From NCBI RefSeq assembly GCF_963921235.1, contig NC_086097.1, positions 50,160,001-50,224,000 on the forward strand: a stretch of 64,000 bases of DNA, given 5' to 3'. The first letter of the stretch is position 1. Every line of letters starts with the position of its first letter. The translations under genes and the position numbers were made by a program. The notes beneath the pieces were generated by a model. The model did not search any database. It worked only from the letters and a program-made list of their open reading frames with translations, and was not told the DNA's origin. The DNA comes from Mobula hypostoma. Its lineage: Eukaryota. This document shows, piece by piece, positions 52,025-64,000 of this stretch.

Positions 52025-53580
52025 AGAAGCATCAGGACTCAGAATGGCAGAATGGGTTACAGCTTCTTCCCTTGGGCTTAAACTTAAACTAGCCTGCCAC
52101 CACCAATGTCTCACCATGAGTACAGCAAGATGTTTACTGTACTATATACTGTTCACCTGGGCTGCACACTACATACATTTTGAATTATGTCTTATTCATT
52201 TATTTATTGTAATAATTTGTTTTATATGCTGTGTGTGATACATGTTTTGTGGGTGCACCATCGTCCGGAGCAACATTGTTTCGTTTGGTTGTACAGTCAG
52301 ATGGCAATAACCTTGAACTTGATCTGTTAATACTATATATTTCCCATTGAAGCTGCCTACCATGCTGAGTATCTAGATCATTTTCTATTTTCAATTTTCA
52401 ATATCTGCAGTGTTTTTCTGTTAGATTCTATTTTAGATTGTATGTTTGTTCTTTTGCAATGGAATTACATCCCACTAGAATCAGAGTAAGATGTGATTCA
52501 AATCTGTTTACTGTATCGCTATACTTTGTGGCCAGAGAAATTTTCATGGTTTATGTATATCCTAAGCAGTTTTATGAATGTAAACCTCTTCCTTTTAAGT
52601 CAATTATCAATAGATTTGACATGACTACTTAATTTTATAAGATCACAAACAACTCCTCATCACAAAGGTGACATGGTTAATGTTGAAGTCTCACAGCTCC
52701 AGGCTCCTTGGATCGTTCCTGCCCTTGGGTGCTGTTTGTGCGAACTTTGTATATTCTCCTTGTAATGATGGGGCTTTCTGCTGGATGTTCCACTTTCCTT
52801 GGGAAACTCCTCTGTACAGTTCCCTCTGGTCAGAAAAACAGTTGTTCACTTTATTTATGCTAATAATTCATCACTATTTTCTGTTTCCTTTCACTTAGCC
52901 AATTCTCTATCCATGTGGCTTCGGTCCGATTTACTTCAGGGTTGTCAGTCTTGATGAAGAGCCTAATAGGTGGCTTCATAATAAATGCATTTTACAAATT
53001 GATGTGTACCTCATTGACTCTCTTTAATACTTAATCAACTTAATTATTTACACATTGCTTTAACAGTCATGTTGATAGTCTTAATCAAGGCACGCTTATC
53101 CAAGTGACTATTAATTTTGTCCCCACTTAATAATACTAGAACTTTCTCGACCGTTGATGTTGACTATCTGTAGTTACTGGCTTATCTATGCATATATTTT
53201 ATGAAACACGCAATAGTTTGTCATTTTCTAGTCCTCAGACATCACCTGTGACTATCTGGAAGACCATGGCCAGATAGACAGCAATTCTCTCCCTTATTTC
53301 TCTAAGGAACCTAAGATTCACTCTATCTGGAGCCAGTGATGCATCCCCTTTAAGTGCTGTCACTCCTCTTCATTGTCTTTTAGCTCAGTGATCCCTCCTT
53401 TGCTAAGACTTCAGCATTGTCTTCTTCATGGTGAAGACCAAAATGTCAGACACTTGTTTTATACTTCATCTGTGCCCTCCTTCTCCGTGAGTAAATTTAC
53501 TCCTTGGTCTACAATTGGCCCAACCCCTATTCATATGCCTGCAAGTATCTTGGAAACTTTTTTAAAGTAATTTTTTGTAG

Positions 53581-53628
53581 TTGAAGATCCTTTTCAATAA
53601 TGCTGCTTGTGAGCCCTCCAGAGCTCAG
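53581..53628 (+). CDS. Candidate small exon (LKILFNNAACEPSRAQ)
   Basis: ttttttgtag acceptor and CAG|gtaaga donor, 48 bp, open in phase 0. Confidence 0.25.
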
Positions 53629-54439
53629 GTAAGACAGGGTCCAAAATGACAGCACTGGTTCTGATTTACATCTTGATCTGTCTGCTCTTTGTGCTTCCAA
53701 CAGTGTCGTTTATTTATTCTATTAATATTATTAATGTTCTAAACATGCATGCATAATACAACACCATTTTGGGATTTCTGAAGACCGTTGGAGTGCCCCA
53801 AACCATATAATGCCAAATTAAAAATTTCTCTTTTACATTGCTAATAACAACAGTCATATTTGAACATTCTAGGTCATCAGTAATAATCTAATCTAATCTG
53901 ATCAGTACATAAATATAACTGGATGTAGGTTTGAGAACTATCATCAAGAATTTATTACATATTTAATTTGCATAATTATGAAGAATGATACATGAACATG
54001 TTACTTATTCACTTCTGGTGTTACAAATATTAATTTGTGGGTCTGTGTGTCCAGATTCAAAACAACAATATTCAAAGATGATTATTTTCATCAGAAAGTA
54101 TAAATAAATAACATACAAAATAACTGTAATTTAAAAGGAAAATTCTCTGAAATCTCCCAGTATTTACATTGTTTCACTACCTGATTAGTATTAGCATTGG
54201 TGACTGTACGGTTGCATACAAATTAATTGCCAGTTTCACTTAAGCAATTTAGAAGGGACATTGTAGTGAAAGAACAGATTTGTGAAGGAGTGAAAATATA
54301 CAAAACAAACAAAATATCTTCTCGTGCATTTTTTAAAAATTCTGCATCCAAAACAAACCCCCTAAACTGAGAGTGAAATGTGGATGATGAAGGATGACAA
54401 ATCATTTAACATATTTAAAAGTTAAATATAATTATAGAT

Positions 54440-54650
54440 AAACACAAGAAATTCTGCAGATGCTGGAGATCCAAAGTCAAAATGCAGGAGGAGCTCATCA
54501 AGTCACTCAGCATCTATGGAAATGAACAAACAAGAGAAAATCTGTAGATGCTGGAGGAACTCAGCAGGCCAGGCAGCATCTATGCAGAAAAGTATAGTTG
54601 ATGTTTCGGGCCGAAACCCTTCAGCAGGACAAATGAACAAACTGTCGACA
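54440..54650 (-). mobile_element. Penelope terminus nested within another Penelope terminus
   Basis: Inner copy 54532-54630 is flanked by aaatgaacaaac at 54520-54531 and 54631-54642. Confidence 0.75.
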
Positions 54651-54652
54651 GA

Positions 54653-54985
54653 CGAGGGGTGATTGATAAGTTTGTGGCCTAAGGTAGAAGGAGATGAGTT
54701 ATATAGCTCTCGTTACATGCAAATATAGTTCAACTCCTTGAGTAATTATGCAGAAAGTTTGAAGTTAATAACTCATCTCCTTCTACCATAAGCCATGAAC
54801 TTATCAATCACCCCTGCTGTGGACCACTTTCTGGAGGTCCAAGATGCCGACTTCTACAAAGAAGGGATCCGTATATGGACTAAGTGTGTAAATGTAGGAG
54901 GGGACTATGTTGAAAAATAAATGTGCTGAGTTTTCTAAAATTGACTCCTTCTACCTTAGCCCACGAACTTATCAATCACCCCTCG
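54653..54985 (+). mobile_element. Mariner-derived MITE with transposase C-terminal remnant
   Basis: TIR cgaggggtgattgataagtt.gtgg..taaggtagaaggag at both ends, TA at 54986. 54828-54920 reads FLEVQDADFYKEGIRIWTKCVNVGGDYVEK*. Confidence 0.85.
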
Positions 54986-55044
54986 TATTGTCTTACAAGT
55001 CAAGCAAGCAATACAGAAGGCCTTGATAGAATAGAATAGTAAAT

Positions 55045-55515
55045 TTATTATCAAAGTGTGTATATGTCACTGTATACTACCCTGAGATTCATTTTCTTAC
55101 AAGCATTCATAGTAGAACAAAGAAAAACAATAGAATCAATGAAAAACTGCACATGAACAAAGACTGACAAACAACCAATGTGCAAAAGAAGATGAACTGC
55201 AAATGCACAAATAATAATAACATTAAACAAACAAAACTGAGAGCATGAGTTGTAGAGTCCTTGAGAATGAGTCCATACATAGGTTGTGAACTCAGAGTAG
55301 AGGTGAGTGAAGTTATCCACACTGGTTCAGCAGACTGATGGTTGAAGGTTAATAACTGTTCCTGAACCTGGTGATGTGGGACAGAAGACTTCTGTACTCC
55401 CTTCCCAATGACAGCAGCGAGAAGAGAGCACGGCCTGGATGGGGAAGTCGTCGTTGATGGATACTGCTTTCTTGTGGCATGTGCAGATGTGTTCAATAGT
55501 GAGGAGGGCTTTGCC
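55045..55515 (-). mobile_element. Rex1/Babar-type LINE 3' fragment
   Basis: Homologous to 30030-30365 and to the reverse complement of 38120-38680. Confidence 0.7.
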
Positions 55516-56599
55516 TGTGATGGATTGTTACAATTCTCAGGGCACAGTGCCAATTCAAAATGCAAACAAGAATTTAATTGGTGTGTAATTTATATTACTC
55601 CATTATGTAAATATTTTAATGCTTTTTAATTTTACATATCCTTTTCAATAAATTAACTTGCATGCACTTACTGAATTAATTCAGTCAACAGAGGTGTATG
55701 TTTAAGATTTTTGTTTATCTTCTGTTTTTTCTTCCATAGCATGGATACAGGTATATTTATTTTAAATCAGGCTTCACTTCTTTGTTTCTGGTTGATTATT
55801 GAGCAAGATCATTCACTGTCAGAACTGGCTTGGCTGATAACAAGTCGACATTGGAGATGTTTCTTGGCTTTTTAAAAAAAATCTTTTGAAACAGTTAATC
55901 TTTCTCACAATTCTGTGTCATTAATTCACCCACCTTTTGTCTCTAGCAGGAATTATCAGGAAGAAATCGTATCACTTCACTTTCCATCTCTTCCCCATTC
56001 ACATTCCTGTGATATGTCATCCATTCGTAACAGGTGGTGCTTGTATTTCTGAAAATGGTTCTCCTTGGCCATTTGTTTTTTTGCCACCTGGATTTTTAAT
56101 TATTCAACAATTGAGAAAACAATCCACTCAAACGTTTACTAAACAATGCAATTCAGAATAACTATTAACAATATCAAACTGTTATCAGACATACATATTT
56201 TGCATTAAATTAGCCATGTACTGTACATTTTATACATTGAGCTTGTTGCTTTGATTGGCCTTTATCGAAACCATCAAACAAGATGCGCTTTTGTCCGTAC
56301 ATTAATAATGCTATGTAAACACAAGTTGGTGCTGCAGTTACAACAGTGAGTTCCCTGATAACTGTTTACTGTTGAACCTGTGGGTGTAAATCCAGCCAAA
56401 TGTAGTCCATTTCCTTGATCCATGATCCATCCTGTGGTGCAGTGCTGACTGGCATTACTAACTACGATGAAAACTGGGATTGCCAATCACGAAAAGCCTA
56501 TGTGGTATAGATCCAGTATAGATATGTTGCTTATGCTTGGAGTGACCTTAAGGCTAGAAGGAGACTAAGAATCAGGAAGGCTACTTGGTTCCTCACATG

Positions 56600-57180
56600 G
56601 GTGATCTTTTAACTCAGCACCATTTTCCTTCACTTATCATTTTCCTTGATTTGTTTAATTCTAAAAATTTATCAGTCTGTCTCTTCTATATTTCTAGTGA
56701 CTAGATTTTCATTGCCTTCTTGGGTAGAGAGTTTCAAAAATTCACCATCCACTGCATGAAGAAAGCTCTTCTCTGTTCTGCGAAGCTGGGTCCTTGCTTT
56801 GAGGCCGCATTCTTTGGTTCTAAATACCCTGCCTCTGCTGCAACTCTGGCCTGACAAGCCCCAGAAGAATTTTATTAGAATAGCAGCACAATATTTCTGA
56901 ATCTTCTAAACCTGAGAGAGTATAGGCTCAATCTGCTAACTTCTGTTCATCCAATATATCAGCCATCCCAAAGATCGATATGGCGAATTGTCATAGCAAT
57001 CCAAGGAAATATATTTTTCTTTGGGTATGGAGACCAAACCTGTATATAATATTCCATATGCGGTCCCACTAAGGGCTTGAACAAAATGTCTGTATTCTTT
57101 GTACTCACAGCCTGTTGCAACAGAGGTGTACTGCTTGTCTTCTTAAATACTTGAACTAGCATGTTAACTTAAAGTGATTT
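56600..57180 (-). mobile_element. Old CR1 LINE 3' fragment
   Basis: LVGPHMEYYIQVWSP in ORF 56959-57162. Confidence 0.6.
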
Positions 57181-58039
57181 GTATGCAAGCTGTTCATCAG
57201 AAGACCAATATTTTTTAATCTTGTGTACATGTAACAAATTCTCCACCTATTTTTCCAAAACAGATGGCCTGAGTTTCTTCTACCAAAAAATCACTATCAC
57301 ATTTATCTCAACGGAGGGAGCACTCATCTCTGATAAAAAAGAAACCCTAAGCATTGTACATGCAAAAAGGCCCAGGCAACATTGGGCATCCCTGATGACA
57401 ATGAGAGTCAGTTGTGAGGTTCTTCTCATGCAACTTTGTCTCCTGCCCTGGGAATTCAAATCTCCGTGAATCACCTGACACACCCAATACTTAGCAATGA
57501 AGAGCTGCCAAGAGTGTCATCATTTAGGCAGGCTTTATAAGGTATTTAAGCAAATAATAGTAAGTTGTAATACACTCAATGTGCTGGAGAAGATCAGCAG
57601 GTCAGGCAGATCTAAGTATGGAAATAAACAGCAGATGTTTTGGGCCGAGGTCATTCATCAGTGAAGCTACCCACTTGGGTTTCTCAGTGTCAGCAGAGGG
57701 TCCCTTTAAATAACATGAGATGGAAGTGAGTTGTGGATAGTGAAGATGGTGGAATGAGCTCTTGGTTCTTAACGAGTGGAAAGGTCCGCTTTGAGAATGA
57801 CAATCAGAAACTCAGGAATCATTGCTGCAATTGCTGTGATTTCACCCAGAGATGATTGCCAATTCAATTTGCTCAGAGTAAAACCAGTTCTTGATTACAA
57901 AGCACTCTTCCACAAGTGATCAGATTGCTAGGTTTGAATGAATTATCTTTCTTGATTTACGCTAAAAATTGCATTACTGATGTCCCTCTTTCATGTTGAA
58001 AGTGAAAGGTGCTGAGCCAGTTCCTTGGGGATTGCCTAC

Positions 58040-58740
58040 ATTGGGCTCATACCCTCTAAACCTTTCCTATTGCTATCCAAATAGCTCTTAATCATTGGAA
58101 TTGTACCCGTCTCATCTACTTCCTCTGGCACTCGTTCTACATACCCACCACTCTCTATGTGAAAAACTTGCCCTCAGGTCCTCTTTAAATCTCCCCCATC
58201 TCACCTTAAGCCACCACTTTTTTATACTCACCTACCCTGAGGGAAAGAAACTGTCTATCTGCCCTGTCTGTTCTCCTCAATTTTGTAAAATGTCCCGGTG
58301 TTACCACTTTGTCTCCTTTATTACAGTTTCTCAACCCTAGCCTGTCCAATCTCTCCTTATTACTCAAGTCCTCCAGTGCAGGCGGCATTGCTGTGAATCT
58401 TTTCTGTAGCCTCTCCAGCTTAATCACTTCCTTCCTATAATGTGGTGATCTGAACTGCACGCAACGTTCCAAGTGCAGCCCAACCAAAGATTTGTGTAAC
58501 TGTGACACGCCCCCCCAACTCCTATATTTAATGCCTCAGCTGATGAAGGCAAGCATATCGTACACCTTCACTACTCTGTCTACCTGTGTCACCATTTTCA
58601 ATGAAACCCCAAAATCTTGCTCTTCTATAGCACTTCTGAGAGCCCTTTGTTCTGTCCTGATTCAACTTCCCAAAATGCATCACTTCACGCATCTGAGTTA
58701 AATCTGCCAGCCATTCCCTGGCCCAGTTTTCCTATGATAC
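58040..58740 (-). mobile_element. Old CR1 LINE fragment
   Basis: LHLERCVQFRSPHYRKEVIKLERLQKRFT in ORF 58206-58508. Confidence 0.75.
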
Positions 58741-59009
58741 AGCATATATCCAGGACTGCAGCTAACACCTCAGTTACAGCTTCTGGGAGAGAGTGGGGAT
58801 TGGGAGTGTTGAGGAGAGGTTAAGAGTCTGAGGTGGGACTAGAGATGAAAAGGTGGGGGGAAGGGGATGAAATGGCTCATATGCTAAAGTCACTCAGGGC
58901 AGAGTGTCCACCTAAAAAGAGGCAGCTGTGCATGCCTAAGGGCGAACGTAATGTGTGTGCTGCATGGGCAATGCATCCCAGCATTGGTGCACCAGTTATT
59001 AGGGTTGTA

Positions 59010-59949
59010 TAACTTCCGCCAGCTCCAACGGGATCCCACCACCAAACACATGTTCACCACCTCCCCACTCCCCACTTTCTGCTTTCCCCAGGGATTGCTC
59101 CCTCCGCGACTCCCTTGCCCATTCGTCCCCCCAATCCCTTCCCACCGATCTCCCTCCTGGCACTTATCCTTGCAAGCAGAACAAGTGCTACACCTGTCCC
59201 TACATCACTCCCTCACTGCCATTCAGGGCCCCAAACAGTCCTTCCAGGTGAGGCGACACTTCACCTGTGAGTGTGTTGGGGACATCTACTGTAACCAGTG
59301 CTCCTGGTGTGGGTTCCTGTATATGGGTGCGACACAATGTAGATTTGGAGACCGCTTTGCCAAGCAGCTACACTCCATCCACCAGAAAAAGCAAGATCTC
59401 CCAGTGGCCACCCATTTTAATTCCACTTCCCATTCCCATTCTGATATGTCAATCCATGGCCTCCTCTACTGAGGCCAAGCTCAGGTTGGAGAAACAACAC
59501 CTTATATTCCATCTGGGTAGCCTTCAACCTGATGGCATGAACATGGATTTCTCAAACTTACGGTAATGCCCTCCCTTCATCATTCCCCATCCCCTTTCCC
59601 TCTCTCACCTTATCTTGTCTCCCCATCACCTCCCTCCAGTGCTCTTCCCCCTTTTCTTTCTTCCGTGGCCTTCTGTCCTCTCCTATCAGATTCCCCCTCC
59701 TGCAGCCCTGTATCTCTTTCAGCAATCAACTTCCCAGCTCTTTACTTCATTCCCCTTCCCCCCCCCACCCCCACCGTGTCCCAGTTTCACCAATCACCTT
59801 GGTCTTTGTCCCTCCTCTCACATTCTAACTTTGACTCGTCTTTTTTTCCCAGGCCTGATGAAGGGTCTCGGCCCGAAACTTCAACTATACTGTTTTCCAT
59901 AGATCCTGCCTGGCTTGCTGAGTTCCTCCAGCATTTTGTGTGTGTTGCT
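59010..59949 (+). mobile_element. Penelope-like element 3' half (GIY-YIG remnant + pLTR, degenerate hammerhead at ~59851-59886)
   Basis: DIYCNQCSWCGFLYMG..RFGDRF, PVATHFNS and LRLEKQHLIF; also ctgatgaagggtctcggcccgaaac. Confidence 0.85.
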
Positions 59950-60184
59950 AGCAAATAGTCTGCTCTGTTAAGGTTCTTCTGGCATATTATTATACACAAC
60001 CCAGTTGATTTTCTTGGTAACTATTAAAAATTACATAATGTTCTTTTATTTAACTAAATTATTTAATGGATCAAAGGCCTTGAATTATAATCACAATATT
60101 TTACCTTCAAGATGGTCTAGGTGCTCCTACCATTATTTATCTGCCACTCAGCTACTGGAACAAGCTATTTGAAAGCAAGTTAAT

Positions 60185-60335
60185 AGATTGCTGTTTGTGG
60201 GCATTCCTTGCACGGAAGTTGGCTGCTGCATTTACTGCAGTAAGAGGAGCTATTTTTCAAAAGTACTGCATTGGCTATGAAGTGTCTGAAAGGGAATGAA
60301 AAGTACTTCCTAAATGCAAGTTTGTTGTTTTCTTT
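60185..60335 (+). mobile_element. Possible DeuSINE (SacSINE1/AmnSINE-like) remnant
   Basis: attgctgtttgtggg...ttggctgctgcattt...tcaaaagtact.cattggct...taaatgcaagt resembles the Deu domain/3' tail as I recall it. Not aligned. Confidence 0.45.
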
Positions 60336-60979
60336 TCATGGACTCAGCATTTAATGTGCATAATGATGTAAAGGAGCCAAACAACTTTATTCATTTAGGA
60401 AAAAAATGGATTTACATGTTTTTAAATGACATGGCTTGAACTGCACCCTATTGTCTTACCTTTCTTTATCTTTATATGTACATAGAGAAACTACAGTTAT
60501 ACTTCTTTCCATGAGCCTAAGAAAAAGAAAACCTTATTTAGTCCTCTGCTCTGAAAACAACTTTTGTTTGTTTAGGATTGTTGTTGCGAAGGGCAAGCAG
60601 CATAAAATCCCATGATTTCATTGATGTGAACAATTAGAAGTTCTGCCAAATAAGTGTGAACTTAACAGGACAGGTCATCTTAATTGCTTGATTCAAGCAT
60701 GACTCATATGATGTGTTTTTCCACAAGATGTTAACTATTTATTTATTTGAACACTTAATAAGATCACCCGAATGCAATGGCTCATGATTTCATGTGATAT
60801 TTCTACACGATTTGATTATGGCTATTCCATTTAGATTTCAGTTAATACATTGGTTTCATATGATTGAGATAATGGAGGTTTTCTCCTCTTTTGCCAAGAT
60901 ATGGTAAGAAGGAAAAAAAGGTTTCTCTCTGCACCAACCAATCGCTGCACTATTCCTGGAAAGCACAGACAACACTCTA

Positions 60980-61450
60980 ATCACAAGAAAGTCTGCAGAT
61001 GCTGGAAATTGAAAGCAACACACACAAAATGCTGAAGGAACTCAACAGACCAGGCAGCATCTATGGAAATGAATAATTGATGCTTTTTGGGCAAGACCCT
61101 TCTTCAGGACTGAAAAGGAAGAGGGAAGATGCCAGAATAAAACGGTGGAGGGATGAAAAGGCGGCGAGCTGGAAGGAGATAGGTGAAGCCAGGTGGGTGC
61201 AAAAGGTCAAGTGTTGGAGAAGCAGAAATCTGATAGGAGAGGAGAGTGGACCATAGGAGAAAGGAAAGGAGGAGGGGCACCGGGGGGAATTAATAGGCAG
61301 GTGAGAAGAGGTAAAAACTCAGAGTGTGGATTAGAAATAGGTGGGGTAGGGGGGAATTTGTGTACTGGAAGGAGAAATCAATATTCATGCCACCAGCTTG
61401 GAAGCTGCCCAGACAAAATACAATGTGTTGCTCCTCCACCCTGAGGGTGG
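60980..61450 (-). mobile_element. Penelope pLTR fragment
   Basis: ctgcagatgctggaaat...ggaactca...ggcagcatctatgga terminus, purine tract, and GIY-YIG ORF end (gtgttgctcctcc). Confidence 0.75.
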
Positions 61451-63314
61451 CCAACAGACAACAGCCAATTTGCCAATTGTTGAAACCAATAAAGATATAA
61501 GCAATTGATTCAAGTTTGCAGTGGATATTATTCCTTCCTGGTGTTTACACATTTGGCCTGTCATATAAAATTCACATACATGCCAAATTAGAAAAAGAAA
61601 CACACTAAGATGAATGAACACTTCAAAAACACCAGGAATTGAAAACTTCCCCATCCCTATAAAATGAGTTGCAGCAGTGATTCTGTAATTAGGTTCTCAT
61701 GGTGGAGAGTGGTGTCATAGAAAATATATCATGAAAAATTGTGACATCTATAGATTGTCACACAAATTTCCCACTTTTAATTTCATGAGCTGGACTGCCA
61801 GCAGATAAGATCTAGTCAATTTTACAACAGAAAATCATGTTGCTATTTATTAAGAATTGAACAATATAAAATTCCTACTTTCATATTTCTCAAGAAATAG
61901 TTATAAGCTAATGTGAATTTTGTCATGGTGACAATTCAGCCGAAGGTTTTAGAACATTTCTTAGACGAGACGAGACAGAGAGGGAGAGATGGAGAGAAAT
62001 TGATCCCCGAGTGCAGAGCTATCTGACAGCTACTCTCGCTGTCTTCGATGTTCTGACTCCTGCTATCTTCAGTTTGCAACACCAGCAAGAATTTGGGTCC
62101 TCGGGGCTGAGCAAGGCTGCACCCCAAAGGTATCGATTTCAGACTCAACCTGGACATATCGAAACACGGCTGATCGGCAGCCTCCAAGAACAGGAACACA
62201 CTACCGTGCAACTGCAGCCTGAGTGCCGCTATAGATCAAAGACACCGACAGGATCGCAGCCACCCTGTAAAGGAAAATAGAGACATTAGAATAGGAAAAA
62301 TTTAACTGTTTCGCTGATGGGCTGAGAGAAGTCTCCTTCCAATGCCATCTTTACCTCTGCCCACTCACCCTAAACTCATTACTTCCCAAAATGTTGTTTA
62401 CATTTTTGTAGCATCAATTATTTGCGGCAAAATACAAATTTCAGCCGCAAATACATGATTTGATGTCTATAAATTAGACATATTAGAGCATATCTTTCAT
62501 GGATAACTGGTACAAAATAGACGTTTTGTACTGAGTAAATTGTACAAGCGATCGCTTTCGGGTTAATTGGACAACCATGCCGAAACTGATCCAGGCACTT
62601 TTATACACAATGCTCAGTGCAGCTGACATTTTCTCAGAGTGTTGCACAGCTTTGACAGTCCAACTTTCTCTACAGCAATCGAATATTATGACCTTCATTT
62701 ATAACTCAAAATATATGGACCAAGACAGATCAGCAAGGAGATATGGCATTAAAGATAGCTGCTATTCCATCTCTGCATCTGTTGTCCTCAGTTCTTATTT
62801 AGCAACATATTGCTAAAAGCATTGTTGGGTATCTCATGTCTCATGACATGGAGCATCACTAACATAAATCACTGTACAGAGAATGATGAACAGAGAACCA
62901 GTCACACTAAAAACGTGTATCCCATCTCCCCTGCCTTGCCTTTAGCTACTCGGTGACTACCAGGCAGATTGGTTCTTCTAAGAGTAACGTCCTTCCTATG
63001 TTTCAGAGTAACAAAGGACATGATAGCTGCAATCACTGCAGGCAGCTGCTTTCAGGGACTACACGGGTAATGCTATTATATATGAATGATGATATTTGCA
63101 ACTTTCCTGATTTATTTTAAATGGATAATGTGCTCCACATTACATGGAGCACCCAGTCTGTGCAAGGATGAACTCAAATTTCTAAGCGTAAGAATCTGCA
63201 CTCTTTTATAATGCACACAATAGTTTATTGGCAATCGAAAGTTCATTTATTATCAAAGCGTGCATCGATATACAACTGAAATTCGTCTTCTCCAGATCGC
63301 CATCAACATCAATC

Positions 63315-63385
63315 CCCCCCACCCCCCCCCCCACACACACACACACCCCACACACACACACACACACCACACACACACACACACC

Positions 63386-63424
<39 letters not shown>

Positions 63425-63442
63425 CCCACACACACACACACA

Positions 63443-63476
<34 letters not shown>
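63315..63476. repeat. Interrupted (CA)n microsatellite preceded by C runs
   Basis: Directly visible. Confidence 0.95.
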
Positions 63477-63477
<1 letters not shown>

Positions 63478-64000
63478 GAATGGCAACACAACAGCATGCA
63501 GTGTTATGACATTATGGCCATTTAGGCATGAGTACGAAAAACTAAGGTGGTGGCCCGAATTCCCTTCTGCAATTTTATACCATCTCATTAACAAGCAGAA
63601 GTCTAATCATTGTTCTTTGCACAGTTGCACCACTGAGTTTACCAGATTCTTGCATTCACTATCAATTGCCCAGATAACTGGATTCTCAGTTCTGCCTCTT
63701 TGTAGCAGATATCATATTAAACTCAACAGCCGACAGTTTTTGTTTTAAATTGTGAGCAGGCATGCCACAAACCAAAGAGAAAAAGAATTCAGCCGTTGCA
63801 TCTTATGCCAACAAATTATTACTCAAATTTTTAGAATTCTAATCTTGTTAATGCTTCTGTATATCATAAACAGTGAGGTGATTTTTATTTGTTAGGCGTA
63901 CTGTATCTGGTACACCAATCGAAGTGCATTGATTGCGAAACAGCAATTAGCTTTCTGTATTGTTTATGAAGGAATAAAAAGACTTCATTAGCAGCAAGTT

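Larger units (their letters stand above)
50650..52320 (+). mobile_element. Rex1/Babar-type LINE RT fragment, split by a Penelope hairpin
   Basis: ADQLTGVLTDIFN..IIPVPK..LNNYCPVAL, TGVPPGCALSSLLF and IESALSGRVTVWYG. Confidence 0.85.

Noticed and set aside
63206..63748. His/Thr- and Cys/Val-rich ORFs
   Set aside because: Translations of the (CA)n microsatellite.

Overview
Vertebrate nuclear DNA, mostly intronic or intergenic, and roughly half transposable elements. The repeat mix (CR1 LINEs with an esterase ORF1, Penelope-like elements, Rex1/Babar-type LINEs, tRNA/Deu SINEs) points to a cartilaginous fish, probably a ray; this is inference. No intact long gene ORF is present. All long ORFs belong to retroelements: three large CR1 copies (9425-12728 +, 13979-16681 -, 39369-43306 -), Rex1/Babar fragments and Penelope (GIY-YIG) fragments. 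There are also Tc1, mariner and hAT MITEs. The most interesting signal is a dense family of Penelope-like insertions, about 0.1-1.9 kb long. They carry minimal type I hammerhead ribozyme cores, often insert as fold-back inverted pairs with 9-14 bp target duplications, and have the shorter arm cut at the same motif. Other observations are a decayed ~35-36 bp tandem array (19.4-20.9 kb), a CpG-retaining, repeat-poor domain (~27.4-33.7 kb) that is probably regulatory, and several small candidate exons of an unidentified host gene (low confidence).
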